64,000 nt of DNA. Source: Eledone cirrhosa. Taxonomy: Eukaryota. The DNA is taken from the NCBI GenBank assembly GCA_964016885.1, contig OZ024741.1:23312001-23376000 (forward strand), written 5' to 3'. This document shows, one piece after another, positions 12,361-25,612 of the stretch (position 1 is its first letter; every line of letters begins with the position of its first letter). The notes under the pieces are model-generated. The model was not told where the DNA came from, made no database searches, and saw only the letters and a program-made list of their open reading frames with translations. The position numbers and the translations under genes are program-made.

Positions 12361-13580
12361 CTGAAATTTAAATTCAAACAACTTTGAAGATTATTAGGTA
12401 AAACTTTCATATAGGAAAAAATCTATTGACTATGAGGGTCAGCTGAAATGTTTCATAAGGTGACAAAGATACTCTGATGGAATGACACAATGCAGTTATT
12501 AATAAGAAGAGATGAAATTGAAGCATGCAAGATTTTACAGCTCTAGTATCATTCCTTCATAGTCAGCCTATGAATTTTTTAGCTGACCCTCGTATAGTAT
12601 TTACTTTCAAATGTGATGTTAAAATGATTAAGGTGCTTAAATTATGTTTTGTTTGTAGTAAGTTTAAAGATTACACTGATGCTTATTGTTTTGATCCCCA
12701 TGTGTCTAACACTCGTGGACATGCTTGCAAAGTCAGAAAACAGCACAACTCCCATGACTTTTGGAAACATTTTTTTCACACTCAGAGTTGCTGAAGCATG
12801 GAACAAACTACCTGCATCAGTTGTTAGCTGCCGAGACACTATTCTTCAAAACTTCCATGCTTCCTGAAATTTGCAAACACTACACCTGATATTCCCCCTC
12901 CCTACACACATGTATCTGTGTGTATATAATGACTCGTACACTGTTCACTTTCCTGGCATTAGTACATTATTCTATATACTATATACTATATTGAGCGGTG
13001 GATTGGCAGTATCGGTAGAGGGTCAGACGCCATGCTTTGCAAGCAAAGAGTTACGGCCCTTTATTGTCTGAGTTCAAATCCCGCCGAGGTTAACTTTGCC
13101 TTTCATCCTTACGGGGTCGATAAAATAAAGTACCAGTAATGAACTGGGTAATTGCTGGCCTTGTGCCAAAAGTAGAAACAATTATTATTATTATATGATA
13201 TTATATTTTCTTTTAGTTCAGCTAAAGTTAACATGGAGAAACAGGTTTCACTTTCACTTTAGAAGTGATATATTGCTTTTTATAGGTTTGGTCTAGAGAA
13301 AGGGATTCTACCCATGGCAGGCTGAAGGGCCATTGAAACTGGTAAAATTGATATGGTTAATGTACATGTTGATGACTGCAGAAAGACATGTGTAAGAAGG
13401 GAATTCCTAGAAAGGAAGACTAGGTCATGTGGTTAGTTAGGACATGAGAAGATAGATACAATATTGGTAGCAAGAGGGGAAATGAGTGAGTTGAGAGTGT
13501 CTGAGTAGAGATAGAACAAGACCAGACAACTTTGAAGAGAAGACACTATAGTAGTGATAAAGAAAGTAGAGGGAGAATAC

Positions 13581-13832
13581 TGGCTATTGACTGAGTCACT
13601 TGGGTTATTGATTGAGTCACTCTGGCTATTGACTGAGTCACTTGAGTTATTGATTGAGTCACTCTGGCTATTGACTGGTTCACACTGGCTATTGACTGGT
13701 TCACTCTCGCTATTGACTGAGCCACTCGGGTTATTGATTGAGTCACTCTGGATATTGACTGAGTGACTCTGGCTATTGACTGAGTCACACTGGCTATTGA
13801 CTGGTTCACACTGGCTATTGACTGAGCCACTC
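13581..13832. repeat. 21-bp tandem repeat (tggctattgactgagtcactc)
   Basis: About 12 diverged units. Confidence 0.9.
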
Positions 13833-14594
13833 AAGGTAGCTATCATCTGATTCTCTCTAAGAAGGCTATTTACTGAGCCACTGAAGTTTTGGCTACTGAT
13901 TAGGTTATTCTAAATCAGAACCATATTACTCCATAGCTGAACCTGTAGTCTTTCAAATATTTTGAGCCTTTCCCCTGACACTTTCACCCCACTGCAAAAA
14001 AAAAAGAAAATTAAAATGATGGGCATCTAGTTTCTGCAGGGTTTCTAGTCAATCTTGTGAATAATACCTGGTCTAGGTACTCTTAAATGTTAATAAGCTA
14101 CTTTGGCATCAGGTTGACTGAACCACACCAGTTTTTACCAAATAAGACAGGTGAAAAGACAAAAATGTGAGATTTCTGCAGGCAACTCTGTCCACATTTT
14201 TCCATCTTAGGGCTTTGTATACCAGACTTCTTTGACTATTCAAAACTTAAATCTTTATCCTAGCAGCTTACAATAAGCTAATATACTACAAAAAATATAA
14301 ATCTGGGTCCTAGCAGCTTACAATATGTTAACATGCTACAAATAAAAAATTAAAAAAAACTTAAATGACTAAGTTTTTATTACGAATTATATAAATAATG
14401 AAAAAAAGGAGGGAAGGAGTAAAGAAGGGCAGATCTGGCTGTATAGGAAAGTAGGAGAAAAGGACTATAACTGCCATTAATGAGAAGAAAAGAAGGAAAA
14501 GAGGAAGGACTATTATTCCACGGAAGAAACAACAATTCAAATTCATTCAACAGTTTGTTTTTTTTCAGTCTAAAAAAAAAGTTTTTCAACTCAC

Positions 14595-14851
14595 CTTTTT
14601 GTGATACAATATACACTTATAAACTGATATAAGTTCACCTTTGCTGTTTTTTAGGAATAGTTTTGGATAATTTCTTCTATTGTTGGCAAGATGACAGTGG
14701 GAAGAAGCTGGTATCTCCTGTGCAGTTGATGTACTTGTGTATGGTTTCCCCATCGGTCCAACATCTGGTAAAATATCTTCAGCAGGGAAACTACTATTGT
14801 CTTCACTCTCAGACTCAGAGTCACTGCCAGAAATGCTACTCGAAAGATTAT
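14595..14851 (-). CDS. ANKZF1: ANKZF1 exon (DNLSSSISGSDSESE...PKLFLKNSKGELISVYKCILYHKK)
   Basis: SSISGSD acidic tract and the F.N..G....Y.C.L motif typical of ANKZF1; AAG|GTGAGT donor; phase 1 to 0. Confidence 0.9.
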
Positions 14852-15508
14852 CTAAATTTTTAAAACAAATAGAATATTAAATTAGACATCTGACAAAAGT
14901 GAAGTACATTGGCTGTTGACATCATCCCAGCCACTAACACCAGAAAGATTGTCACCGTTAATATTAACATAGCTATATACTCATGTAGCAGTTACTAACA
15001 CTACAAAGGTTGTCACTGTTAATATTAACATGTAGCAGTTACTAACACCAGAAAGATTGTCACTGCCAACCTTTGTGGTGTTAGGCTGTTTGCTTGTAGC
15101 TATTGCCAACATTAACATGTAGCTACATACTCATGTAGCAGTTATTAACCCCACAAAAGTTGTCACTACCAACCTTTGTGGTGTTAGGCTGTTTGCTTGC
15201 AAACGAATTGAATATTATTATTATCGGACGCCATGCTTTGACGCATAGAGTTACGGCCCTTGCCATTCTGAGTTCAAATCCCGCCGAGGTTAACTTTGCC
15301 TTTCATCCTTATGCCAAAAATAACTTTGCCTTTCAGCCTTGTGCCAAAAGTAGAAACAATTATTATTATTTGATATAAAACCCATAATTATATTTATGTA
15401 ATCTGTTATGTTAGAACAAAAAATCAAATTCTAATTTTGTCAACTGAAATATTTTCCCTAAATGCAGGCTTAAGATTTAATTAAATAATTTCAAAATGGT
15501 AAACTAAC

Positions 15509-15605
15509 CAATGATGTTTTCAAAAACCTCTTCAGTAACTGGAGACATCCCTCTCAATTTTTGTTTCAAATTATACAAATGCCAGTCTGATCGAAAATGT
15601 TCCTT
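15509..15605 (-). CDS. ANKZF1: ANKZF1 exon, second half of C2H2 finger (KEHFRSDWHLYNLKQKLRG...)
   Basis: Matches the EHxxxDWHxxNLKQ signature of ANKZF1/Vms1; atacag acceptor, G|GTTAGT donor. Confidence 0.92.
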
Positions 15606-15894
15606 CTGTATATCCACAAAAAAAAAATACATGAAGCAAGAAGAATACAGTTTATCACTAAGAAAATGAATTAAACTCCTAAACTCACACATACATATGA
15701 ATGAGTGTGTGAATGAATGTATGTGTGAGTGTGTGCATATATATATATATATATATACGGGGATCTTATCTTAAACCTTACATTCTCGCTAACTACCCAA
15801 CATCCCTTTCTCCCGCCCCCACGCACCACCATTATTACGTGGACCAATCATAAGTCAGAGGCCCATACTATCGCTTAACTGGTTGCTTTTCAAT

Positions 15895-16035
15895 ATGATG
15901 GATGGACTACGGAATTCTGGAGAGTTGAAGAGAGAAAAAATCTGGACGCTCAGCGACAATGCCAAAGATAAAGACAAATTCACCTCGTGGACGAGAATGC
16001 AAGCACTCCTCCTTGTTTCGGCCGAGGATGGCTAA
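15895..16035 (+). CDS. Short 46-aa upstream ORF (putative RTE ORF1) overlapping the next ATG
   Basis: ATG 15895 to TAA 16035, overlapping ATG at 16028; RTE elements are known to carry a very short first ORF. Confidence 0.4.
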   Translation: MMDGLRNSGELKREKIWTLSDNAKDKDKFTSWTRMQALLLVSAEDG

Positions 16036-16085
16036 CATAACCCCCCGCGCCCCACCGCTCCCACCCTCCAAACGCAATCCAAAAC

Positions 16086-19000
16086 TTCAGAGTTGGTACC
16101 ATGAATGTAGGCACCTGAAAGGGTCGCTCTAACGAGGTTGTAGAAATGCTTGAACGTAAGGAGGTCGATGTTTGTTGTATTCAAGAGACCAGGTGGAGGG
16201 GAGGGTCTGCTAGATTCATCATGGGTAAAGAACGATGCTATAAGCTTTTCTGGGTGGGAAATGACAATGGGCTGGGTGGGTTAGGAATCATGGTAGCAGA
16301 AAAGTGGGCAGATAAGATAATAGACGTAAATAGAGTGAACGACAGAATAATTAAAATAAGACTTGTCCTCAATAAAACTACGGTGACAGTAATATCTGCG
16401 TACGCACCCCAATCCGGACTGCCCGGCGCTATAAAAGACAGATTCTATGAGACACTGATGCTCGCTACCTCCCAAATAACCGACAGTGACTATATAATTA
16501 TTGCAGGCGACCTAAATGGTCACGTTGGACAACATTGTGACGGCTATGACGGAATCCATGGAGGCTATGGGTTCGGTACTAGAAATGAGGAAGGCTCCAG
16601 AATCCTGGAATTCTGTGACGCAAATAACTTAACTATCTGTAACACTAACTTCAAAAAACGAGACAATCACTTGATCACCTATAGATCGGGGGAACACACA
16701 AGCCAGGTAGATTATATCCTTACCAGAAGACGTGACAGAGTGTCTGTTGTTAACACTAAATCCCTCCCCCATGAAGAATGCACCTCCCAACATAGACTGA
16801 TAATTAGTGACCTCATAGTCAGGACGAGACGTACTAGACAGCGGAAGAGGACTATCCTCAGGGGGAAAATATGGAAGCTAAAGGACCCCATAGCCAGAAA
16901 TAAATTTCAAAGCATATTACTTTATGCTTTCGACAGTAAGGAAGAGCAATTAGAGTCGTATAATATAGAGGAACAGTGGGAATTCCTGAAAGCAAACCTG
17001 CTGACGGCGGCAGACGAAGTCTGTGGCTGGAGCAGGCCTGTAGGTAGGAGGAGAGTAACATGGTGGTGGAACAGTAAGGTGGAGGAGTCAATTAAGGCCA
17101 AAAAGCAGGCTTGGAAAGTATGGCGGGATGGGGGGAAGTAGAGAAGACTATCAAGTGGCCAGGAGGGAAGCTAGGAGACAAGTGTACTTTGCAAGAAAGG
17201 AAGCAGAGGAAAAAAAGTTCAAGCATGTTCTACAACGTGAGGACCAAAAACGTGAGGTGTTCAGGATTGCTAGGCAATGTGTCAAGGAAAACCGTGATAT
17301 TGTCGGAGAGAAGTGTGTACTTAATGATGATGGCATACTTGCCATCACTGACGCTGATAAGAAGGTAGCTTGGAAGTGTCACTACGAAAGGCTTCTAAAT
17401 GAGGAGAACAAATGGGAGAAAGACAGTCTCCCCCACATCGACCCAATAGAGGGACCAGCAGTGTTAGTCGAAGTTAGTATAATAAGTAAGGCAATCAAAG
17501 ATATGAAGACGGGTAAGGCAGCTGGGCCTTCGGAAATAGTTGCTGAGATGCTGAAGGCCTCTGGAACGGTGGGACACACCATGGTCACCCGGATAGTAAA
17601 CCAAGTCATACAGAATGGGGTTGTTCCGAAGGACTGGCATAGCAGCATCATCATTAACTGTTACAAGGGTAAAGGAGATGCCCTAGATAGGTGTAACTAT
17701 AGAGGCATTAAATTAATCGACCAGGTCATGAAGGTCACGGAAAAAGTAATAGCGCAGCTAATCAGAGAGACAATTGATCTAGATGAAATGCAGTTCGGGT
17801 TTGTGTCAGGCAAAAGTACCACAGACGCTCTTTTCATTGTACGACAACTACAGGAGAAGTACCTAGCTAAAAGTAAACCCCTATACTTAGCTTTTGTCGA
17901 CTTGGAGAAAGCCTTCGACAGAGTCCCCCGTTCCATTATCTGGTGGGCGCTTAGAAAACTAGGTGTCGACGAATGGCTTGTGAGAGCTATACAAGCCATG
18001 TATAAAGAAACAGTCAGCAAGGTTAGAATTAACAACGAATATAGTGACGAGTTTAGCGTAAAAGTTGGTGTCCATCAGGGCTCTGTTCTTAGCCCCCTAC
18101 TATTTATTATTGCCCTTCAGGCTATAACAGAGGAGTTCAAGACCGGCTGCCCATGGGAACTCCTATACGCAGATGATCTAACGTTCATAGCTGAATCAAT
18201 GACCGAACTAGAGAAGAAATTCCAAACATGGAAGCACGGCCTAGAATCAAAAGGCCTTAAAATTAACCTGGCTAAGACTAAAGTTCTAGTTTGTAGGAAA
18301 GAAAATAAGGCGGCGGTCCCTTCTGGGAAATGGCCATGCTCAGTGTGTAGGAAAGGCGTAGGTAGAAACTCCATTTTATGTCCCCAATGCAAAGTATGGG
18401 TGCATAAAAGATGTAGTGGGATCACAGGTAAGCTAACTAAGAACATAAATTTTACATGTGGCCGGTGCTCTGGTGCAATAAGTAGCAGCAAGTGCCCACT
18501 AAATACTAGCTCTTTCAATTGCGCAGAGGGTTCTATAGAAATAGTGGACAGCTTCCGTTACCTGGGTGACAAAATCAGCAGTGGGGGAGGGTGCTCTGAA
18601 AGTACAGTAGCTAGAGTCAGAACTGGATGGAAAAAGTTCAGAGAGCTTATACCACTATTAGCCGCTAGAGGGTTCTCCCTAAAAATGAAAGGCAGGTTAT
18701 ACGATGCCTGCATACGAACAGCAATGCTGCATGGCAGTGAGACCTGGGCATTGTGTGCAGAGGATATACGCAGACTAGAGAGGAACGAAGCTTGCATGCT
18801 CCGCTGGATGTGCAATAGTAATATACGTGAACGGCTAAGCATAAACGAACTAAGGAAAAAATTAGAAATAAGAGGGATCAGATGTTGTTTACTCGAGAGA
18901 AGGCTACGTTGGTACGGTCACGTGATGTGCATGAAAGACGACAGCTGTATAACAAAGTGCAGGGCAATAAAGATAGACGGTAGCCACGGAGTAGGCAGAC

Positions 19001-19122
19001 CCAGAAAAACCTGGGACGACATGATAAATTCCGACCTCACACACTTACACCTCTCCAAGACAATGTCACTGGACCGAGACCTTTGGCGGTACTCAGTAAT
19101 AGAGAAGACCCGCCTTACCTAA
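16086..19122 (+). pseudogene. RTE ORF2 (APE-RT) with in-frame TGA at 16116 and a one-base insertion in the G-run at 17130-17135
   Basis: FRVGTMNVGT*KGRS upstream of the called ORF; WRDGG/SRED junction between the 331-aa and 664-aa ORFs. Confidence 0.9.
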
Positions 19123-19291
19123 ATACAAAGTAAAAACCTACTACAGTCAGTAGGCATCTGTATCAAAACACCCTCCCGTCCCACCACCTCCACCCCATCC
19201 ACACCGCCCCTTTCAATGTAAAGTTATGTTGGTCCCACAACATCCAGGCCGAAACAAATGAGATCGTGTAGGTGTCACGACAAAAAAACAC

Positions 19292-19633
19292 ACAGTCCAC
19301 GCTGTAATGTGGCCATGTAGGCAACACGGTAAAAACCTCCCAGACCCACACTGTAAATGTGGTTGGTGTTAGGAAGGGCATCCAGCTGTAGAAAACCTGC
19401 CAGACAGTCCACGCTGTAATGTGGCCGTGTAGGCAACACGGTAAAAACCTCCCAGCCCCACACTGTAAATGTGGTTGGTGTTAGGAAGGGCATCCAGCTG
19501 TAGAAAACCTGCCAGACAGTCCACGCTGTAATGTGGCCGTGTAGGCAACACGGTAAAAACCTCCCAGACCCACACTGTAAATGTGGTTGGTGTTAGGAAG
19601 GGCATCCAGCTGTAGAAAACCCGCCAGACAGTC
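19292..19633 (+). repeat. Three tandem copies of a 111-112 bp unit in the RTE 3' UTR
   Basis: acagtccacgctgtaatg recurs at 19292, 19404, 19515, partial at 19627. Confidence 0.95.
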
Positions 19634-19759
19634 CTATGCGAGCAAGACAATCACTCTTGCCTCGGGTGGGAAAACCCCCGTCCAAACCCATGCAAGCGTG
19701 GAACACGGACGCTAAACCTGATGATGATGATGATGATGATGATGATATATACTTTACAG

Positions 19760-19934
19760 CAGGCATGTCAAACTGAGGGTCCCCCGAGGGCCACATATGT
19801 GTTGTCTGAGGGCCACACATTACAACTAATTTTTTTTTTTTCTAATATGATTAAGATAATACATGCTCGCGCTATAAAAACCTTTGTGCAGGCCACAGGT
19901 GTGCTTGTAAAGGGCCGCATGTTTAACATGCCTG
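19760..19934. mobile_element. hAT/Charlie-type MITE
   Basis: caggcatgtcaaac ... gtttaacatgcctg ends; gggccgcat/gggccac subterminal motifs. Confidence 0.7.
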
Positions 19935-20027
19935 CTTTAAGAAATACAAGTCGTAGAGTGCTTTATGTCTTTTTACGACCAAGGTCGGTGGATTATCTGA
20001 TCAATCACCTTTCCTCAATTGAATATT

Positions 20028-20068
<41 letters not shown>

Positions 20069-20452
20069 CACACACACACACATGTATATGCATGTTACAA
20101 GCTAAACTGGTCAGGTGACTAGGTTCTGCTTGTACACTTTGAGCAGGACCTAGTCACCTGGCCAGTCAGGCCTCAGGGTGCGACAGCCATCTCTCCCAAG
20201 CAAGCATGGAAAATATATAACATATACTCTACTCTGGTATTGAGTACTTTTTCCTTATATTTGCAAACCCAAACATGTGTGTGAGTGTGTGTGTGTGTAT
20301 ATATATATATATGTATGAATGAAGTAATTCCGTTGGAAAGGTCCAGGAAAAAAGAGTGCTCAATGTAGGTTACAGAGCTTATTAGTTATGTAATAAACAA
20401 CAAAAGATAATTATTTCATTTACCAGTGGTTTCTTGAAAGACACCAGGATTT

Positions 20453-20513
20453 TTTCATTCTGATGACTGAAAGCAAATTTTGTTTGCTTTCAAGAAACCA
20501 CTGGTAAATGAAA
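20453..20513 (+). ncRNA. Type I hammerhead ribozyme
   Basis: tttcatt-CTGATGA-ctgaaagcaaa..tttgctttcaa-GAAA-ccactg-GTA-aatgaaa; 7-bp stem I, 10-bp stem II, near-palindromic stem III. Confidence 0.8.
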
Positions 20514-21226
20514 TAATTATCTTATGTTGTTTATTACATAACTATATACATATATATATATAACTTCCATCTTTACTCCATAACATCTCTATATCATAGA
20601 AGGCAAAGAAGATATGTTTGTTCCTAGCTAAAAACTTCTAGAGTAGATAGCTGATAATATCCAAAGTAACAAAATAATTTCCAAACTTCCTTCTATATCA
20701 TGGAAGGTAAAGAAGAGATGTTTGTTCCCTCCAGAGTAGCTAGCTGGTAGTTATAGTTATTTGGACACTGTAGTGTAAAGTAACTAAAGCTGCTATGACA
20801 GTGTAAACTAATGATGTTCAGGTAATAGGAAACTATATTACTATAGACTTCTGCAATGTTATGTTACAGTTCATACCTACACAGGTTTATTTGGCCTCTG
20901 ACGAGGTTTCAACTCATGGGTTTCTAGAGGCATTTTAATATGGAGACACCAGTCCTATTATGAAAAGCACTGTAAAATGAAATGTCATGCTCAAGAATAC
21001 AGTGTGCTGTCTGGTCCAGGAATTGAACCAATGACCTTATAACTGTGAATCCAATACCTCCAACCAGCCAGCCTCACACCATTACATTCAGATTATATGA
21101 AGCTTTATAACTATATATATGTGTGTGTGAATCTCTCTAAAGACTAGATACCATTCTACTTACATGTTAGATCTAACTCTAAATTATCGCAATTTGCTTC
21201 ACTTAAATGACAACATGTTGCAGTAC

Positions 21227-21318
21227 CTGCTCTTGTAAATTCTGGAATTTTAATGAGCACAAGCTACAACTGGTGCTGCTGTTAGCGACAGTCAATACAG
21301 ATTTCAAACTGGATGCAT
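21227..21318 (-). CDS. ANKZF1: ANKZF1 exon, first half of C2H2 finger (DASSLKSVLTVANSSTSCSLCSLKFQNLQEQ)
   Basis: ttttcag acceptor, CAG|GTACTG donor; CxxC motif continues into the next exon. Confidence 0.85.
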
Positions 21319-22018
21319 CTGAAAATTGAAGACAATTTGTATTTTAATACTTTGTAAGCTCTTTCCTTTTAAGTTTAATCTAAATTCTTCCACCTGGAAT
21401 CAAACAAAGAACTTCTAATATCAGAATGCAGACCTCTGTTTATTTTGTTAATCATCATCATCATCATCATCATCACCGTTTTACGTCTGTTCTTCCATGC
21501 TAGCATGGGTTAGACGGGTTGTCCTGTTGTGGGCAGTATCCAGTCGGCTGACCTTGTCTTGCTCATACAGGAACTGATTCTGGCTTGATTTCTACAGCTG
21601 GATGCCCTTCCTAACACCAACCTCATTTACAGTGAGTGCTGGGTGCTTTTTTTCCGTGGCACCTCCACAACCACTTTACAGTGGGAGGAGGTGGGGGCAT
21701 ATTGTCTATATGCTTCAGCTTCAGCTTGTACCCGTGGGAAGTCGAGTCTTCTGTATTACTGTGTGACGCCAGAGGTCATGGTCGAGATGTCTAATTGTTC
21801 AACCACTGGAATAGCTGACTTGTTAAATTAACATGAATTGGCAATATCAGTAAAGGGTCAGACGCCATGCTTTCCAGCATAGTTACGTCCCTTTACGGTC
21901 TGAGTTCAAATCCTGCCGAAGTTAACTTTGCCTGTCATCCTTACAGGGGCGATAAAATAAAGTACCAGTAATGCACTGGGATAATTGCTGGCCTTGTGCC
22001 AAAAGTAGAAACAATTAA

Positions 22019-22078
<60 letters not shown>

Positions 22079-22289
22079 GTCCAGACCCATCCTAGCATGG
22101 AAGATGGATGTTAAACGATGATGATGATGATAATGATGATATATATTCAACAGAATATGAATTTTGAATATTGATTAAGTTCGAGTTAACAGCGCCAATA
22201 CACGTTTCTGATTATGAAAGATGATGTAATAAATTAGGAATACAAACCCCTGGTGTTGGAAAAAAGTGAACATACCATATATTGTGTGG

Positions 22290-25200
22290 TTACACTAACA
22301 CATATAGCATGCAACTGCACTACCGTTACACTAACACATATAGCATGCAACTGCACTACCATTACACTAACACATATAGCATGCAACTGCACTACCATTA
22401 CACTAACACATATAGCATGCAACTGCACTACCGTTACACTAACACATATAGCATGCAACTGCACTACCATTACACTAACACATATACCATGCAACTGCAC
22501 TACCGTTACACTAACACATATAGCATGCAACTGCACTACCATTACACTAACACATATACCATGCAACTGCACTACCGTTACACTAACACATATACCATGC
22601 AACTGCACTACCGTTACACTAACACATATAGCATGCAACTGCACTACCATTACACTAACACATATAGCATGCAACTGCACTACCGTTACACTAACACATA
22701 TAGCATGCAACTGCACTACCGTTACACTAACACATATAGCATGCAACTGCACTACCGTTACACTAACACATATACCATGCAACTGCACTACCGTTACACT
22801 AACACATATACCATGCAACTGCACTACCGTTACACTAACACATATACCATGCAACTGCACTACCGTTACACTAACACATATAGCATGCAACTGCACTACC
22901 GTTACACTAACACATATAGCATGCAACTGCACTACCGTTACACTAACACATATACCATGCAACTGCACTACTGTTACACTAACACATATAGCATGCAACT
23001 GCACTACCGTTACACTAACACATATACCATGCAACTGCACTACCGTTACACTAACACATATAGCATGCAACTGCACTACCGTTACACTAACACATATAGC
23101 ATGCAACTGCACTACCGTTACACTAACACATATACCATGCAACTGCACTACCGTTACACTAACACATATAGCATGCAACTGCACTACCGTTACACTAACA
23201 CATATAGCATGCAACTGCACTACCGTTACACTAACACATATAGCATGCAACTGCACTACCGTTACACTAACACATATACCATGCAACTGCACTACCGTTA
23301 CACTAACACATATACCATGCAACTGCACTACCGTTACACTAACACATATACCATGCAACTGCACTACCGTTACACTAACACATATAGCATGCAACTGCAC
23401 TACCGTTACACTAACACATATACCATGCAACTGCACTACCGTTACACTAACACATATAGCATGCAACTGCACTACCGTTACACTAACACATATAGCATGC
23501 AACTGCACTACCGTTACACTAACACATATACCATGCAACTGCACTACCGTTACACTAACACATATACCATGCAACTGCACTACCGTTACACTAACACATA
23601 TAGCATGCAACTGCACTACCGTTACACTAACACATATAGCATGCAACTGCACTACCGTTACACTAACACATATAGCATGCAACTGCACTACCGTTACACT
23701 AACACATATAGCATGCAACTGCACTACCGTTACACTAACACATATAGCATGCAACTGCACTACCGTTACACTAACACATATACCATGCAACTGCACTACC
23801 GTTACACTAACACATATACCATGCAACTGCACTACCGTTACACTAACACATATAGCATGCAACTGCACTACCATTACACTAACACATATACCATGCAACT
23901 GCACTACCGTTACACTAACACATATACCATGCAACTGCACTACCGTTACACTAACACATATACCATGCAACTGCACTACCGTTACACTAACACATATACC
24001 ATGCAACTGCACTACCGTTACACTAACACATATAGCATGCAACTGCACTACCGTTACACTAACACATATACCATGCAACTGCACTACCGTTACACTAACA
24101 CATATACCATGCAACTGCACTACCGTTACACTAACACATATACCATGCAACTGCACTACCGTTACACTAACACATATACCATGCAACTGCACTACCGTTA
24201 CACTAACACATATAGCATGCAACTGCACTACCGTTACACTAACACATATACCATGCAACTGCACTACCGTTACACTAACACATATAGCATGCAACTGCAC
24301 TACCGTTACACTAACACATATAGCATGCAACTGCACTACCGTTACACTAACACATATACCATGCAACTGCACTACCGTTACACTAACACATATACCATGC
24401 AACTGCACTACCGTTACACTAACACATATAGCATGCAACTGCACTACCGTTACACTAACACATATAGCATGCAACTGCACTACCGTTACACTAACACATA
24501 TAGCATGCAACTGCACTACCGTTACACTAACACATATAGCATGCAACTGCACTACCGTTACACTAACACATATACCATGCAACTGCACTACCGTTACACT
24601 AACACATATACCATGCAACTGCACTACCGTTACACTAACACATATAGCATGCAACTGCACTACCATTACACTAACACATATACCATGCAACTGCACTACC
24701 GTTACACTAACACATATACCATGCAACTGCACTACCGTTACACTAACACATATACCATGCAACTGCACTACCGTTACACTAACACATATACCATGCAACT
24801 GCACTACCGTTACACTAACACATATAGCATGCAACTGCACTACCGTTACACTAACACATATACCATGCAACTGCACTACCGTTACACTAACACATATACC
24901 ATGCAACTGCACTACCGTTACACTAACACATATAGCATGCAACTGCACTACCGTTACACTAACACATATAGCATGCAACTGCACTACCGTTACACTAACA
25001 CATATAGCATGCAACTGCACTACCGTTACACTAACACATATACCATGCAACTGCACTACCGTTACACTAACACATATAGCATGCAATTGCACTACCGTTA
25101 CACTAACACATATAGCATGCAACTGCACTACCATTACACTAACACATATACCATGCAACTGCACTACCGTTACACTAACACATATAGCATGCAACTGCAC

Positions 25201-25612
25201 TACCATTACACTAACACATATAGCATGCAACTGCACTACCGTTACACTAACACATATACCATGCAACTGCACTACCGTTACACTAACACATATAGCATGC
25301 AACTGCACTACCGTTACACTAACACATATAGCATGCAACTGCACTACCGTTACACTAACACATATACCATGCAACTGCACTACCGTTACACTAACACATA
25401 TAGCATGCAACTGCACTACCGTTACACTAACACATATAGCATGCAACTGCACTACCGTTACACTAACACATATACCATGCAACTGCACTACCGTTACACT
25501 AACACATATACCATGCAACTGCACTACCGTTACACTAACACATATACCATGCAACTGCACTACCGTTACACTAACACATATACCATGCAACTGCACTACC
25601 GTTACACTAACC
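22290..25612. repeat. 33-bp minisatellite, about 100 copies
   Basis: Unit gttacactaacacatata(g/c)catgcaactgcactacc. Confidence 0.98.

Larger units (their letters stand above)
15758..19746 (+). mobile_element. Near full-length RTE-clade LINE in an ANKZF1 intron, antisense to the host gene
   Basis: APE endonuclease (IQETRW, GDLNGHVG, QVDYIL, SQHR) + RT (FVDLEKAFD, QGSVLSP, YADD); 3' tail ends in (GAT)n; flanked by TA runs. Confidence 0.95.

Noticed and set aside
13433-13846. Ser/Asn-rich ORFs
   Set aside because: Produced by the 21-bp tandem repeat within an intron
17151-18842. Antisense ORFs over LINE coding regions (also 28412-29478, 46203-48691, 55959-57142)
   Set aside because: Shadow frames of real RT ORFs with no independent motifs
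20891-20931. gcctCTGACGAg...gaggc hairpin
   Set aside because: Lacks the GAAA core and cleavage triplet
22290-25612. CRISPR-like array
   Set aside because: Head-to-tail repeats with no unique spacers, no cas genes, eukaryotic context
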